Shown in pieces: positions 17,621 to 26,176 of a stretch of DNA of 64,000 nt (position 1 is its first letter; each line of letters begins with the position of its first letter). Under the pieces are notes generated by a model, which saw only the letters and a list, made by a program, of their open reading frames with translations, was not told the origin of the DNA and made no database searches. Source of the DNA: Acutalibacteraceae bacterium (lineage in GTDB: Bacteria; Bacillota; Clostridia; Oscillospirales; CAG-272); NCBI GenBank assembly GCA_963618495.1, contig CAVESF010000008.1, positions 2,749 through 66,748 of the forward strand. The letters run 5' to 3'. The position numbers and the translations under genes are program-made.

Positions 17621-18295
17621 TTATTTTTCTATATCTCTGTTGTTGTAGAGTTCTTTCATTTCCTCGATGGGCTTACCCATAAGCGCTTCGATAAGCTCGG
17701 TGAAAGTGCCGTCGTTTATCTCTTTGACTCTGTTTTTGAGATGCTCGGATTTCGGCGCGAGATACTTGCCGTTGAGTCTGCGGGCGAGCATAGCCACCTG
17801 CGGATGGGATATCCCCGCAGGGCAACGGGAGGAGCATACTCCGCACATCACGCAGTCAAAGGATTCCTCGGCGCATTTATCAAATTCGCCGCGCTGAGCA
17901 TATGCGATATACTGCATGACATTGAGTCCCTGCGTACAGCTTTTTGTGCACGCATTGCAACCTACGCAGGCATATATCTCGGGATAAAGCTGCATCATTA
18001 TCTGCTCTGTGGGCTTTATCTTCTCGATATCGTAAACCTGCTTTACAAGCGGGAAGAAAGGCAGGGTGGCAACATACATATTGTTTTCCACCTTGGTCTG
18101 GCAGGCAAGGCAGGTTTTCAGTTCGCGCTCGCCCTTTATGCGGTAAATCGTGGCGCATGCGCCGCAGAAGCCGTTTCGGCAACCGCAACCGCGCACGAGC
18201 TGATAGCCCGCATATTCCATGGCGCGCATTATGGTCAGATTATCCGGCACGCTGTATTTCTTTCCGAATAAATAAATATCTATCATATTTTCCAT
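17621..18295 (-). CDS. SdhB/FrdB-type iron-sulfur subunit (2Fe-2S plus two Cys clusters)
   Basis: 224 aa. N-terminal CGCRNGFCGAC...CLAC (2Fe-2S), then CVGCNACTKSC and CVMCGVCSSRCP. No CCG domain. Confidence 0.75.
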   Translation of the reverse strand: MENMIDIYLFGKKYSVPDNLTIMRAMEYAGYQLVRGCGCRNGFCGACATIYRIKGERELKTCLACQTKVENNMYVATLPFFPLVKQVYDIEKIKPTEQIMMQLYPEIYACVGCNACTKSCTQGLNVMQYIAYAQRGEFDKCAEESFDCVMCGVCSSRCPAGISHPQVAMLARRLNGKYLAPKSEHLKNRVKEINDGTFTELIEALMGKPIEEMKELYNNRDIEK

Positions 18296-18310
18296 GCTAT
18301 TTTTCCTCCA

Positions 18311-19144
18311 TCAATATTCACTGGGAAGCTCGTCCAGCTCATCGCAACGGAATACCGGTCCGTCCTTGCAGACATATTTTGCGCCGACATTGCATCTGCC
18401 GCACTTTCCTATGCCGCATTTCATGCGAAGCTCCAGCGTGGTATAAACCTGCGTCTTGTCAAAGCCGAGCTCCTGAAGCCCTGCGAGTGTGAACTTTATC
18501 ATTATAGGAGGTCCGCAGAGTATCGCTATCTTATCCGTAGAGAAGCCGAGCTCTTTTACATAGTTCGGAACGAAGCCCACATGACCTGTCCACTCGGGCT
18601 GTTCGCGGTCTATCGTGAGATGCACGGAAACGCCCGCGTCTTTTGCCCATTCGTCGATTATCTCTTTGTAATCCACGAGGTCCTGCATGCTGCGCGAACC
18701 GTAAACCACATCTATCTTGCCGTAGCGGTCGCGGTAGTGGCGGCAGTAATTGATGACGGAGCGGAGCGGAGCAAGTCCGATACCTCCGGCAATGAAGAGC
18801 ATATCATGACCGACAAATTCCGTATCCACGGGAAAAGGCTTGCCGTAGGGTCCTCTTATCGTTATCTGCTGACCGACCTCCATGGAGTGAAGCCACTCGG
18901 TTACACAGCCGCATTTCTTGATGGAAAATTCCATATATTCTTCGTTTGTGGGCGAGGAGGTTATGGAGAACATAGCCTCGCCGACGCCCGGGATGGAGAG
19001 CATGGCGCACTGACCCGGCTTATGCTCAAAAGCTTTTTTGCCGTCGGGAGTTACCACGCGGAATGTCTTGACATCGGGCGTATCTATGCGGATATCCGTC
19101 ACTATGCCAATGGCGGGAATAAGCGGTTCTCTCATATCAGCCAT
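18311..19144 (-). CDS. FNR-like FAD/NAD(P)H-binding oxidoreductase with C-terminal 2Fe-2S (FlxA / AsrB / HydG / PyrK-like)
   Basis: 277 aa. Nucleotide-binding motif FIAGGIGLAPL and C-terminal CGIGKCGRCNVG. It overlaps the upstream gene by 8 nt. Confidence 0.75.
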   Translation of the reverse strand: MADMREPLIPAIGIVTDIRIDTPDVKTFRVVTPDGKKAFEHKPGQCAMLSIPGVGEAMFSITSSPTNEEYMEFSIKKCGCVTEWLHSMEVGQQITIRGPYGKPFPVDTEFVGHDMLFIAGGIGLAPLRSVINYCRHYRDRYGKIDVVYGSRSMQDLVDYKEIIDEWAKDAGVSVHLTIDREQPEWTGHVGFVPNYVKELGFSTDKIAILCGPPIMIKFTLAGLQELGFDKTQVYTTLELRMKCGIGKCGRCNVGAKYVCKDGPVFRCDELDELPSEY

Positions 19145-20162
19145 TTTTCTCTCCTCCTAACTTTTTCATTACCTTGACTATGTTCATCTGGATAGGACAT
19201 TTTGAAAGGCATCTGCCGCAACCGACGCAGGAGAACATACCGTCGTTATTTGTCGGGAAATACACGAGCTTGTGCATGAATCTCTGGCGGAAACGCTCAA
19301 GCTGGGTGAGTCTGGGCTGACCTGCCGACATCTTGGTGAAATCGGAATACATGCAGGAATCCCAGCAACGGAAGCGCTTTACACCGTGACCCGTATTGAA
19401 ATCCTTGATATCATAGCACTGGCAGGTGGGGCAGACAAAAGTGCAGGTGCCGCATCCGAGACACGACTGCGAAAGCTCCTTCCACTCGGGTGCGCCGAAA
19501 AATTCATCGGTCTTGCCCGCTCCGAAAGCGTCTGCCGAGAGGGAAGCAAGCGGGAGCTTCTTCATGCGCTCCGCTGTCTGCTTCTTCTGCTCGGAAACGG
19601 GTGCTTCGTCCGCTTCCTCTGTGATATTTTCGAGTCCCGCGAGAAGCTTTTCGCCCTTTTCCGTTTTTGCCTGCATATAGAGCGCGCCGTCTGCTTTCCA
19701 GCAGGCGATATCGCCCGCGGGGTCAGCCGCGTCTATGCCGAATGTATGACAGAAGCAGGTTTCTGCGGGGCGTGTGCAGGCAAGCGACATGATTACCGCA
19801 TGCTCGCGGCGATTCTTATAATAAGAATCCTGCGGCTCGGCAAGGAAAACCTTATCAAGCACATCAAAGCTGCGCACATCGCAGGCGCGCACGCCGAATA
19901 CCACAAAATCCTCGCATTCTTTTCTTGTATCTATTATCTCGATGGTCTTTCCCTCTGTTTTGAAATCCATCAGATTTTCCGTCTGCGGGAAAAAGAAATC
20001 CTTTGCGCTGCGGACGGTATTGAGCGCCTCGGAGAGGGTCTTGCCCTCCTCCCATTTTTCAAATTTCGCGCCCGCCTTTGTATCTGCAGGAAGATAGAGC
20101 GTCTCATTCTGCGATATTGCGGAGAAGAGAGCATTCAGCTTGTCAAGTGAAATTTTACGCAT
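19137..20162 (-). CDS. 4Fe-4S dicluster protein (FlxB / AsrA / HydB-like)
   Basis: The start is set at ATG 20160-20162 (MRKISLDKLN) after GGAAAGGGGAGAG. Cys motifs are CLGCGTCTFVCPTCQC and CVGCGRCLSKCP. Confidence 0.7.
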   Translation of the reverse strand: MRKISLDKLNALFSAISQNETLYLPADTKAGAKFEKWEEGKTLSEALNTVRSAKDFFFPQTENLMDFKTEGKTIEIIDTRKECEDFVVFGVRACDVRSFDVLDKVFLAEPQDSYYKNRREHAVIMSLACTRPAETCFCHTFGIDAADPAGDIACWKADGALYMQAKTEKGEKLLAGLENITEEADEAPVSEQKKQTAERMKKLPLASLSADAFGAGKTDEFFGAPEWKELSQSCLGCGTCTFVCPTCQCYDIKDFNTGHGVKRFRCWDSCMYSDFTKMSAGQPRLTQLERFRQRFMHKLVYFPTNNDGMFSCVGCGRCLSKCPIQMNIVKVMKKLGGEKNG

Positions 20163-21144
20163 TGTTCTCTCCCCTTTCCACAGCCTCGGAGGGCTCAATA
20201 TCCTCTGTTGTGTAATTAACTATCGGAGCGCGGCTTCCGACCTCGGCTCCCGCCTGATAATCGCCGTAGAAACGGTCGATATCGAGAATAAACTTGCGGT
20301 TAAGCAGGTGAAGCGGAATATGCTGAGGGCAAACGCGCGAGCATTCGCCGCAGTCCGTGCATCTGCCGACTACATGGAATGCGCGTATGATATGGAACAT
20401 CTTCTCTTCGAATGAGTCTGATGCCGCCTTGTTTTCAACGCCCGAATCGGGGTTGTCGAAAACGCACTTTTCGCAGGTGCATGCGGGACAGACATCGCGG
20501 CACGCATTGCAACGGATGCAACGCGAAAGCTCCCCCTGCCAGAAAGCAAATCGCTCGTCCGGCGTCATCTTTTCGAGCTTTTCCACCTCGTCGAAGCGGG
20601 TGTTTTCGATAACATCGCCGTCCTCGCCAAGCAGTTCGTCGTAGGCGACATGCTTTTTCGATTTGCAGCAACGGCATCTCTCGGAGATAAGCTCCGCGCG
20701 CGGGAAAGTTTTCTTTCCGTCATAGAGCGTATCTATGACAACGCTGTCTCCCTCTTCGGAAACGGAGAGTATACCCTCGGCATGAGCCTTGAGCGTATTT
20801 ACATCCATCATGCCGTCGCAGGGAACGCCGATGACATATACCTTTTCGCGGTCGAAGCGGTGTTCGGTGAGCAGCTGATTGAAGCTGTATGTATCGCAGG
20901 GCTTGAGGAAAACGAGAACCTTTCCCTCGCCTGCCGTCTCTTTTATCAGATATTTCGAGAAGTTTGCGCCGCAGAAGCCGTTCCAGACGAAATTCTTTTC
21001 TATCTCCCCGGCACTGTGAAATACAGCGGGAGTGATATCATAGTCAAATTCGCCCTTGTGCCAGCCGAGCACACGGTTTACCGTGCCGTCGGCAAGGAGC
21101 GCTTTCGCGCGGGATATGAGAATATCTCTTTTTATTTCTTGCAT
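20155..21144 (-). CDS. 4Fe-4S dicluster protein (FlxC-like)
   Basis: 329 aa. Cys motifs are CIRCNACRDVCPACTC and CTDCGECSRVCP. It overlaps both neighbours. Confidence 0.65.
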   Translation of the reverse strand: MQEIKRDILISRAKALLADGTVNRVLGWHKGEFDYDITPAVFHSAGEIEKNFVWNGFCGANFSKYLIKETAGEGKVLVFLKPCDTYSFNQLLTEHRFDREKVYVIGVPCDGMMDVNTLKAHAEGILSVSEEGDSVVIDTLYDGKKTFPRAELISERCRCCKSKKHVAYDELLGEDGDVIENTRFDEVEKLEKMTPDERFAFWQGELSRCIRCNACRDVCPACTCEKCVFDNPDSGVENKAASDSFEEKMFHIIRAFHVVGRCTDCGECSRVCPQHIPLHLLNRKFILDIDRFYGDYQAGAEVGSRAPIVNYTTEDIEPSEAVERGENNA

Positions 21145-21566
21145 CTCAGATCCTCCAGTCTCTTGTTTTCGCCCAGAGAAGCAACCTTCTCTGCGAAATC
21201 ATTCATCGTAGCGGCAAATTTTGCGCCCTCTGCCGCGCTCACCCATTCAACTCTCGTGCGTTCTCTCTCTATGCCGAGATAATCGAGCATCGAGAAAAGC
21301 AGAGCCATACGGCGGCGCGTATAATAGTTGCCCGAGGTATAGTGGCAGTCACCGGGGTGACAGCCGCAGAGTATCACGCCGTCAGCTCCGCGCTGAAATG
21401 CGCGAAGTATGAACATGGGATTTACTCTGCACGAGCAGGGCACACGGATTATCTTTACATTTGCCGGATAGTTAAGTCTGTTGTTTCCCGCGAGGTCTGC
21501 GCCCGCATAGGAACACCAGTTGCAGCAGAATGCCACAATAAGCGGCTTATATTCGTTTACTTGCAT
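21132..21566 (-). CDS. mvhD: MvhD/FlxD-type hydrogenase iron-sulfur subunit (methyl-viologen-reducing hydrogenase delta-like)
   Basis: The start is ATG 21564-21566 (MQVNEYKPLIVAFCCNWCSYAGAD) after GGAGGTGGA. Characteristic motifs CCNWC, RVPCSCR and LCGCHPGDCHY are present. The track ORF adds 75 unsupported codons overlapping hdrA. Confidence 0.85.
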   Translation of the reverse strand: MQVNEYKPLIVAFCCNWCSYAGADLAGNNRLNYPANVKIIRVPCSCRVNPMFILRAFQRGADGVILCGCHPGDCHYTSGNYYTRRRMALLFSMLDYLGIERERTRVEWVSAAEGAKFAATMNDFAEKVASLGENKRLEDLRCKK

Positions 21567-23551
21567 ATTGCGTCCACCTCCGCCATTATCTGTCTGCTCG
21601 TGAATCCGCGCAGATCCATCGCACCGGACATACAAGCCACCGTGCAGGCTCCGCAGCCCTGACATACCGCTTCGTTTACAGAAGCAACGCGGCGAACCTT
21701 CGTCGTTCTGTCGGGCATTCTGAATTCTTTTTCTATATATGTTATCGCGCCGTAGGGGCAAACCTTTTCGCAGGTTGAGCAACCGTTGCACATCATCTCA
21801 TCCGAGTGAGCGACGCAGGGATTGCCTGTCAGCTTGTCCTTGCAGAGCAGTCCGATAACCTTGGAAGCCGCCGCTCCCGCCTGAGAAACCGTCTCTGGGA
21901 TATCCTTGGGTCCCTGGCATGTTCCAGAGAGGAAAACGCCTGCCGTCGGGCTTTCCACAGGGCGAAGCTTCGGATGAGCTTCCGTGAAGAAATCGTTTGT
22001 ATCCATGCTTGCCGTCAGCATCGTTGCGAGGTGACGGGCTGATTTATCAGGCTCGATTGCTGCCGCGAGAACCACGAGATCGGCATCTATATGGAGCTGA
22101 TTTCCGTAGATGAGGTCGGAGCCCTGAACCTTGAGCTTCTCTCCCTCGGGCGAAACCTTGCCCACCATGCCCTTGATGTAGTGCACACCGTATTCTTCTA
22201 CGGCACGACGGTAAAATTCATCGAAGTTCTTACCCGGGGTACGGACATCTATGTAGAAAACATAAACCTCTGTGCCGGGATACTTGTCGCGGATGAGCAT
22301 CGCGTGCTTTGCCGTATACATGCAGCAGATCTTGGAGCAGTATTCCTTGCCCTTGTCCGCGCACGCCGCGCAGCGTGAGCCTACGCACTGAACGAAAACT
22401 ATCGTGTGCGGATGCTTGCCGTCGGAAGGGCGCAGAAGCGTGCCGCCCGTGGGACCTGCCGCATTCATCAGGCGCTCCAGCTCGAGCGAAGTAATGACAT
22501 CCTTTGACTGCGAATAAGCAAATTCATCGAATTTCTCCATGGAGATGGGATTGAAGCCCGTAGCCACAACTATGGCACCGTACTTCTCTTCCACAAATTC
22601 GTCCTTCGCCTTGTAATCTATGGCTCCCGCGCCGCATACCTTGGAGCAAACGCCGCACTTGCCCGTTTTCAGCATCATGCAGTAGTTCGGGTCTATCGTT
22701 GCCACCTTCGGCACAGCCTGCGCAAAAGGAATGTATATCGCGCTTCTGTTGTTCATACCGAGGTTGAACTCATTGGGTACTTTCTTCTGCGGACACTTTT
22801 CCGTGCAGAGTCCGCAACCTGTGCATATCTCTTCTTTTACATACCTTGCCTTGCGCTTTATCGTGACATCGAAGTTGCCGACAAATCCCTTTACAGCGGT
22901 CACCTCAGAATATGAGAAAATTCGTATCTTCTCGTTCTGAGCGACATCCACCATCTTCGGCGTGAGGATACATGCGGCGCAGTCGAGCGTCGGGAATGTC
23001 TTATCCAGCTGAGCCATCTTGCCGCCGATAGTCGGCTTTGTCTCGACTATATCAACTGGGAATCCCGCATCGGCTATATCGAGTGCTGTCTGAATGCCCG
23101 CAATACCGCCGCCGATAACGAGCGCACGCTTTGTCACCGGACTTTCTCCCGGGGTCAGCGGCGCATTGAGATTTACCTTTGCCACAGCCGCCTTGCCGAG
23201 GATTATCGCCTTTTCCGTGCCGGTAGGCATATCCTTATGTACCCATGAGCACTGCTCACGGATATTTGCTATTTCCACCATGTATGGGTTCAGCCCCGCA
23301 CCTGCCGCCGTCTTGCGGAAAGTCGCCTCATGCATACGCGGAGAGCATGAGCAGACCACGATACCCGAGAGCTTATGCTCGGCTATAGCGTCCTTTATCA
23401 TGTTCTGTCCTGCCTGAGAGCACATATACTGATAGTCCGTGGCGAATACAACGCCCGGCTCATGAGAGAGAGCCGCCGCTACCGCCTTTACATCCACCGT
23501 TCCCGCGATATTCGTACCGCAGTGGCAGACAAAAACACCTATTCTTTGCAT
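21557..23551 (-). CDS. hdrA: Heterodisulfide reductase subunit A-like flavoprotein
   Basis: 664 aa. N-terminus MQRIGVFVCHCGTNI, FAD fold VIGGGIAGIQTALDIA, motif CVGSRC...YCSKICC, and two C-terminal ferredoxin motifs (CNGCSTCEKVCP, CQGCGACTVAC). Confidence 0.9.
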   Translation of the reverse strand: MQRIGVFVCHCGTNIAGTVDVKAVAAALSHEPGVVFATDYQYMCSQAGQNMIKDAIAEHKLSGIVVCSCSPRMHEATFRKTAAGAGLNPYMVEIANIREQCSWVHKDMPTGTEKAIILGKAAVAKVNLNAPLTPGESPVTKRALVIGGGIAGIQTALDIADAGFPVDIVETKPTIGGKMAQLDKTFPTLDCAACILTPKMVDVAQNEKIRIFSYSEVTAVKGFVGNFDVTIKRKARYVKEEICTGCGLCTEKCPQKKVPNEFNLGMNNRSAIYIPFAQAVPKVATIDPNYCMMLKTGKCGVCSKVCGAGAIDYKAKDEFVEEKYGAIVVATGFNPISMEKFDEFAYSQSKDVITSLELERLMNAAGPTGGTLLRPSDGKHPHTIVFVQCVGSRCAACADKGKEYCSKICCMYTAKHAMLIRDKYPGTEVYVFYIDVRTPGKNFDEFYRRAVEEYGVHYIKGMVGKVSPEGEKLKVQGSDLIYGNQLHIDADLVVLAAAIEPDKSARHLATMLTASMDTNDFFTEAHPKLRPVESPTAGVFLSGTCQGPKDIPETVSQAGAAASKVIGLLCKDKLTGNPCVAHSDEMMCNGCSTCEKVCPYGAITYIEKEFRMPDRTTKVRRVASVNEAVCQGCGACTVACMSGAMDLRGFTSRQIMAEVDAICK

Positions 23552-23568
23552 CGCTTGCCTCTCCTCCC

Positions 23569-23961
23569 TTATTTCGAATATTTGCGCATCGCGGAAACGA
23601 TAGCCTGCTGCGGCATATCGTCATCGAGAAGCGCGGGAATATCATCCGCTGTCATGTGATTTGCGCCCTTTTCGCGTATCGCGAGCAGGCGTACCGCCTC
23701 GACAAGCTTTGCGGGTTCGACGCCGCGGGGACATCTGTCCACGCAGGCAAAGCAAGAGAGGCATTTATATACCGATTCCGACTTCATCAGCGTTTCGATA
23801 TCGCCCGTTTCGACCATATATACAAACTGGTGCGGGTGATATTCCATTTCGCCGTATGAGGGACAGGTGCCGGAGCATTTGCCGCATCGCATGCATTTCA
23901 GCGGGTTGACGCCGCTCATGCGGAGCGCCTGCTCGCGGCGGAGTTCGTTTTTACTGCTCAT
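23569..23961 (-). CDS. hdrC: Heterodisulfide reductase subunit C-like (2 x 4Fe-4S)
   Basis: 130 aa. Cys motifs are CMRCGKCSGTCP and CLSCFACVDRCP. Confidence 0.85.
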   Translation of the reverse strand: MSSKNELRREQALRMSGVNPLKCMRCGKCSGTCPSYGEMEYHPHQFVYMVETGDIETLMKSESVYKCLSCFACVDRCPRGVEPAKLVEAVRLLAIREKGANHMTADDIPALLDDDMPQQAIVSAMRKYSK

Positions 23962-24757
23962 TTTGTTCCTCCTTTATGCCAAGAGCCTCTGTGAGAAGCT
24001 CGGTAAAGTAAACTACGGGAAGCTCGCTTCCGCTCTTTACGAGATTGTATTTGCAAAGCGGGCATGCTGTCACTATCAGGTCTGCGCCGTGGGCGGCGGC
24101 GCTCTCGGAAACTGCAGAGGACTTTTTCTTAGCCGAGTCCGCATCCTCAAGCGCGACATAACCGCCGCAGCATTCGTTTCTCATGGGGTAGACCACCGGC
24201 TCCGCTCCGAGTGCGCGGATGAAATCCTCCATTATGCGGGGATTTTCCGCATCGTCAAAAGCCATCACCTTGGAGGGACGCAGAAGCATGCAGCCGTAAT
24301 AAGCGGCTATCTTCTTGCCCGAGAGAGGATTCACTACGGCTTCCTTTACCTTGTCGAAGCCGACGACATCGCGCAGAAGCTCGAGATAGTGATAAATCTC
24401 CGTCTCACCGTTATAGGGTACGGCAGGATTTTTATCCTGCGACATATAGAGATTGACCTTGGCGGCGAAATCCGCATCGGTTTTCATCGCGTGGTTTGTC
24501 TGTTTTATTACATTGTGGCAAGCCGAACATACCGTAACAAGCGGATCACCGGCATCTCTTGCGTAAGCAAGTGCGCGAACGCTCGATAGCTTGGTGGCAA
24601 TTTCGTCCTTTGCGGAGACGAAAACACCGCCGCAGCACTGCCAGTCTCTGACCTCGCAAAGCTCTATTCCGAGTTTTTCCGCGCTCTTTCGCGCATATCG
24701 GTCGAGGTCCTTTGCTTTTGTACGGAGAGTACAGCCCGGAAAATAACTGACTTTCAT
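23951..24757 (-). CDS. hdrB: Heterodisulfide reductase subunit B-like with two complete CCG domains
   Basis: 268 aa. The first CCG domain is PGC...QCCGG...CSAC and the second is YGC...ECCGG...CPLC. Confidence 0.85.
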   Translation of the reverse strand: MKVSYFPGCTLRTKAKDLDRYARKSAEKLGIELCEVRDWQCCGGVFVSAKDEIATKLSSVRALAYARDAGDPLVTVCSACHNVIKQTNHAMKTDADFAAKVNLYMSQDKNPAVPYNGETEIYHYLELLRDVVGFDKVKEAVVNPLSGKKIAAYYGCMLLRPSKVMAFDDAENPRIMEDFIRALGAEPVVYPMRNECCGGYVALEDADSAKKKSSAVSESAAAHGADLIVTACPLCKYNLVKSGSELPVVYFTELLTEALGIKEEQNEQ

Positions 24758-24781
24758 TCTTTACCTCCGATAAACCGTATA

Positions 24782-26164
24782 TCAGACCATCTCTTCGGGA
24801 TGGAATACCTCATCGAATTTTTCAGCCGTGAGGAAGCCGAGTTCAACACACGCTTCTTTCAGCGAAATATTGTCCTTATATGCTTTCTTCGCCGTCTTTG
24901 CCGCGTTTTCATATCCGATATAGGGATTGAGCGCGGTGACAAGCATGAGCGAATTGTGCAGATTGTGATACATCTTGTCCTTATTTGCCGTGATGCCGAC
25001 AGCGCAGTTATTATTGAACGAAACTATCGCCTCGGCAAGCAGGCGCGCGGACTGCAGAAAATTGTATGCGGCGACGGGCATGAACACATTCAGCTCGAAG
25101 TTGCCCTGAGAAGCCGCCATTCCGACAGCGACATCATTTCCCATAACCTGAACGGCTACCATCGTCACTGCCTCGCACTGGGTGGGATTCACCTTACCGG
25201 GCATTATCGATGAGCCGGGCTCGTTTTCGGGAATATGAATCTCTCCCAGCCCGTCGCGCGGACCGCTTGCGAGCCAGCGGACATCGTTTGCTATCTTCAT
25301 CATATCGCAGGCGGTCGCCTTTATCGCTCCGTGAGCAAATACAAGCTCGTCCTTTGATGTGAGCGCATGGAATTTGTTCTCCGCCGTTACAAAAGGCTTG
25401 CCTGTGAGCGCGGCGACCTTTGCGGCTACAAGCTCGGAAAAGCCTTTCGGCGCATTGAGACCCGTGCCGACAGCCGTTCCGCCGAGCGCAAGCTCATGGA
25501 GCGGCTTTGCCGCCATGCGCAGAAGCTCCGCGTCGCGCTCGAGACTGCTTCTCCAGCCGGAAATCTCCTGGCTGAATTTTATCGGCGTGGCATCCTGAAG
25601 GTGCGTTCTGCCGGATTTGACTATTCCCTCGTTCTCTGCCTCAAGGCGCCTGAATGTAGCTATCAGCAGTTCTATTGCGGGGAGCAGCTTGTCCTCTATC
25701 GCAATCACGGCGGAAATATGCATTGCCGTCGGGAATGTGTCGTTGGAGGACTGACTCATATTGATATCGTCGTTCGGATGGCAGAGCTTTTCGCCCGCTA
25801 TCTGATTTGCGCGGTTTGCTATAACCTCGTTCGCATTCATATTGGACTGCGTACCCGAGCCCGTCTGCCATACGACAAGCGGAAAATTGTCATTGAGCTT
25901 GCCGGCGATTACCTCATCGCAGGCGGCGGAAATGGCTTCGAGCTTCTTTGCCGTCATCTTCTCGGGCTTCAGCTCCGAGTTTGCGAGCGCCGCCGCTTTT
26001 TTGAGTATGCCGAAAGCATGCGTTATCTCGCGCGGCATCGTTTCGATATCGACGCCTATCTTGAAGTTTTCATGGCTCCTCTGTGTCTGCGCCGCCCAGA
26101 GCTTGTCGGCAGGCACTTTCATTTCACCCATTGAATCGTGTTCTATACGGTATTCCATCTTCAT
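24782..26164 (-). CDS. fumC: Class II fumarate hydratase
   Basis: 460 aa with the signature GSSIMPGKVNPTQCEA. Conservation is typical of fumarase/aspartase-family proteins. Confidence 0.93.
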   Translation of the reverse strand: MKMEYRIEHDSMGEMKVPADKLWAAQTQRSHENFKIGVDIETMPREITHAFGILKKAAALANSELKPEKMTAKKLEAISAACDEVIAGKLNDNFPLVVWQTGSGTQSNMNANEVIANRANQIAGEKLCHPNDDINMSQSSNDTFPTAMHISAVIAIEDKLLPAIELLIATFRRLEAENEGIVKSGRTHLQDATPIKFSQEISGWRSSLERDAELLRMAAKPLHELALGGTAVGTGLNAPKGFSELVAAKVAALTGKPFVTAENKFHALTSKDELVFAHGAIKATACDMMKIANDVRWLASGPRDGLGEIHIPENEPGSSIMPGKVNPTQCEAVTMVAVQVMGNDVAVGMAASQGNFELNVFMPVAAYNFLQSARLLAEAIVSFNNNCAVGITANKDKMYHNLHNSLMLVTALNPYIGYENAAKTAKKAYKDNISLKEACVELGFLTAEKFDEVFHPEEMV

Positions 26165-26176
26165 CGCTCCTTAATT

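Noticed and set aside
18311-20162. AsrA/AsrB-like pair interpreted as anaerobic sulfite reductase.
   Set aside because: No AsrC (siroheme catalytic subunit) gene is present, and the pair is embedded between mvhD/hdrA and frdBA. The same folds serve as the FlxA/FlxB NADH-input subunits, which fits the context better.
16006-23551. The flavoprotein, Fe-S protein and HdrA-like genes interpreted as AprAB-QmoABC (APS reductase system).
   Set aside because: The Fe-S subunit has an SdhB-type N-terminal 2Fe-2S domain rather than the small two-ferredoxin AprB. The flavoprotein keeps fumarate-site motifs (HPT, RD, HGxNRL). mdh and fumC are in the same operon, and no sat or dsr genes are present.
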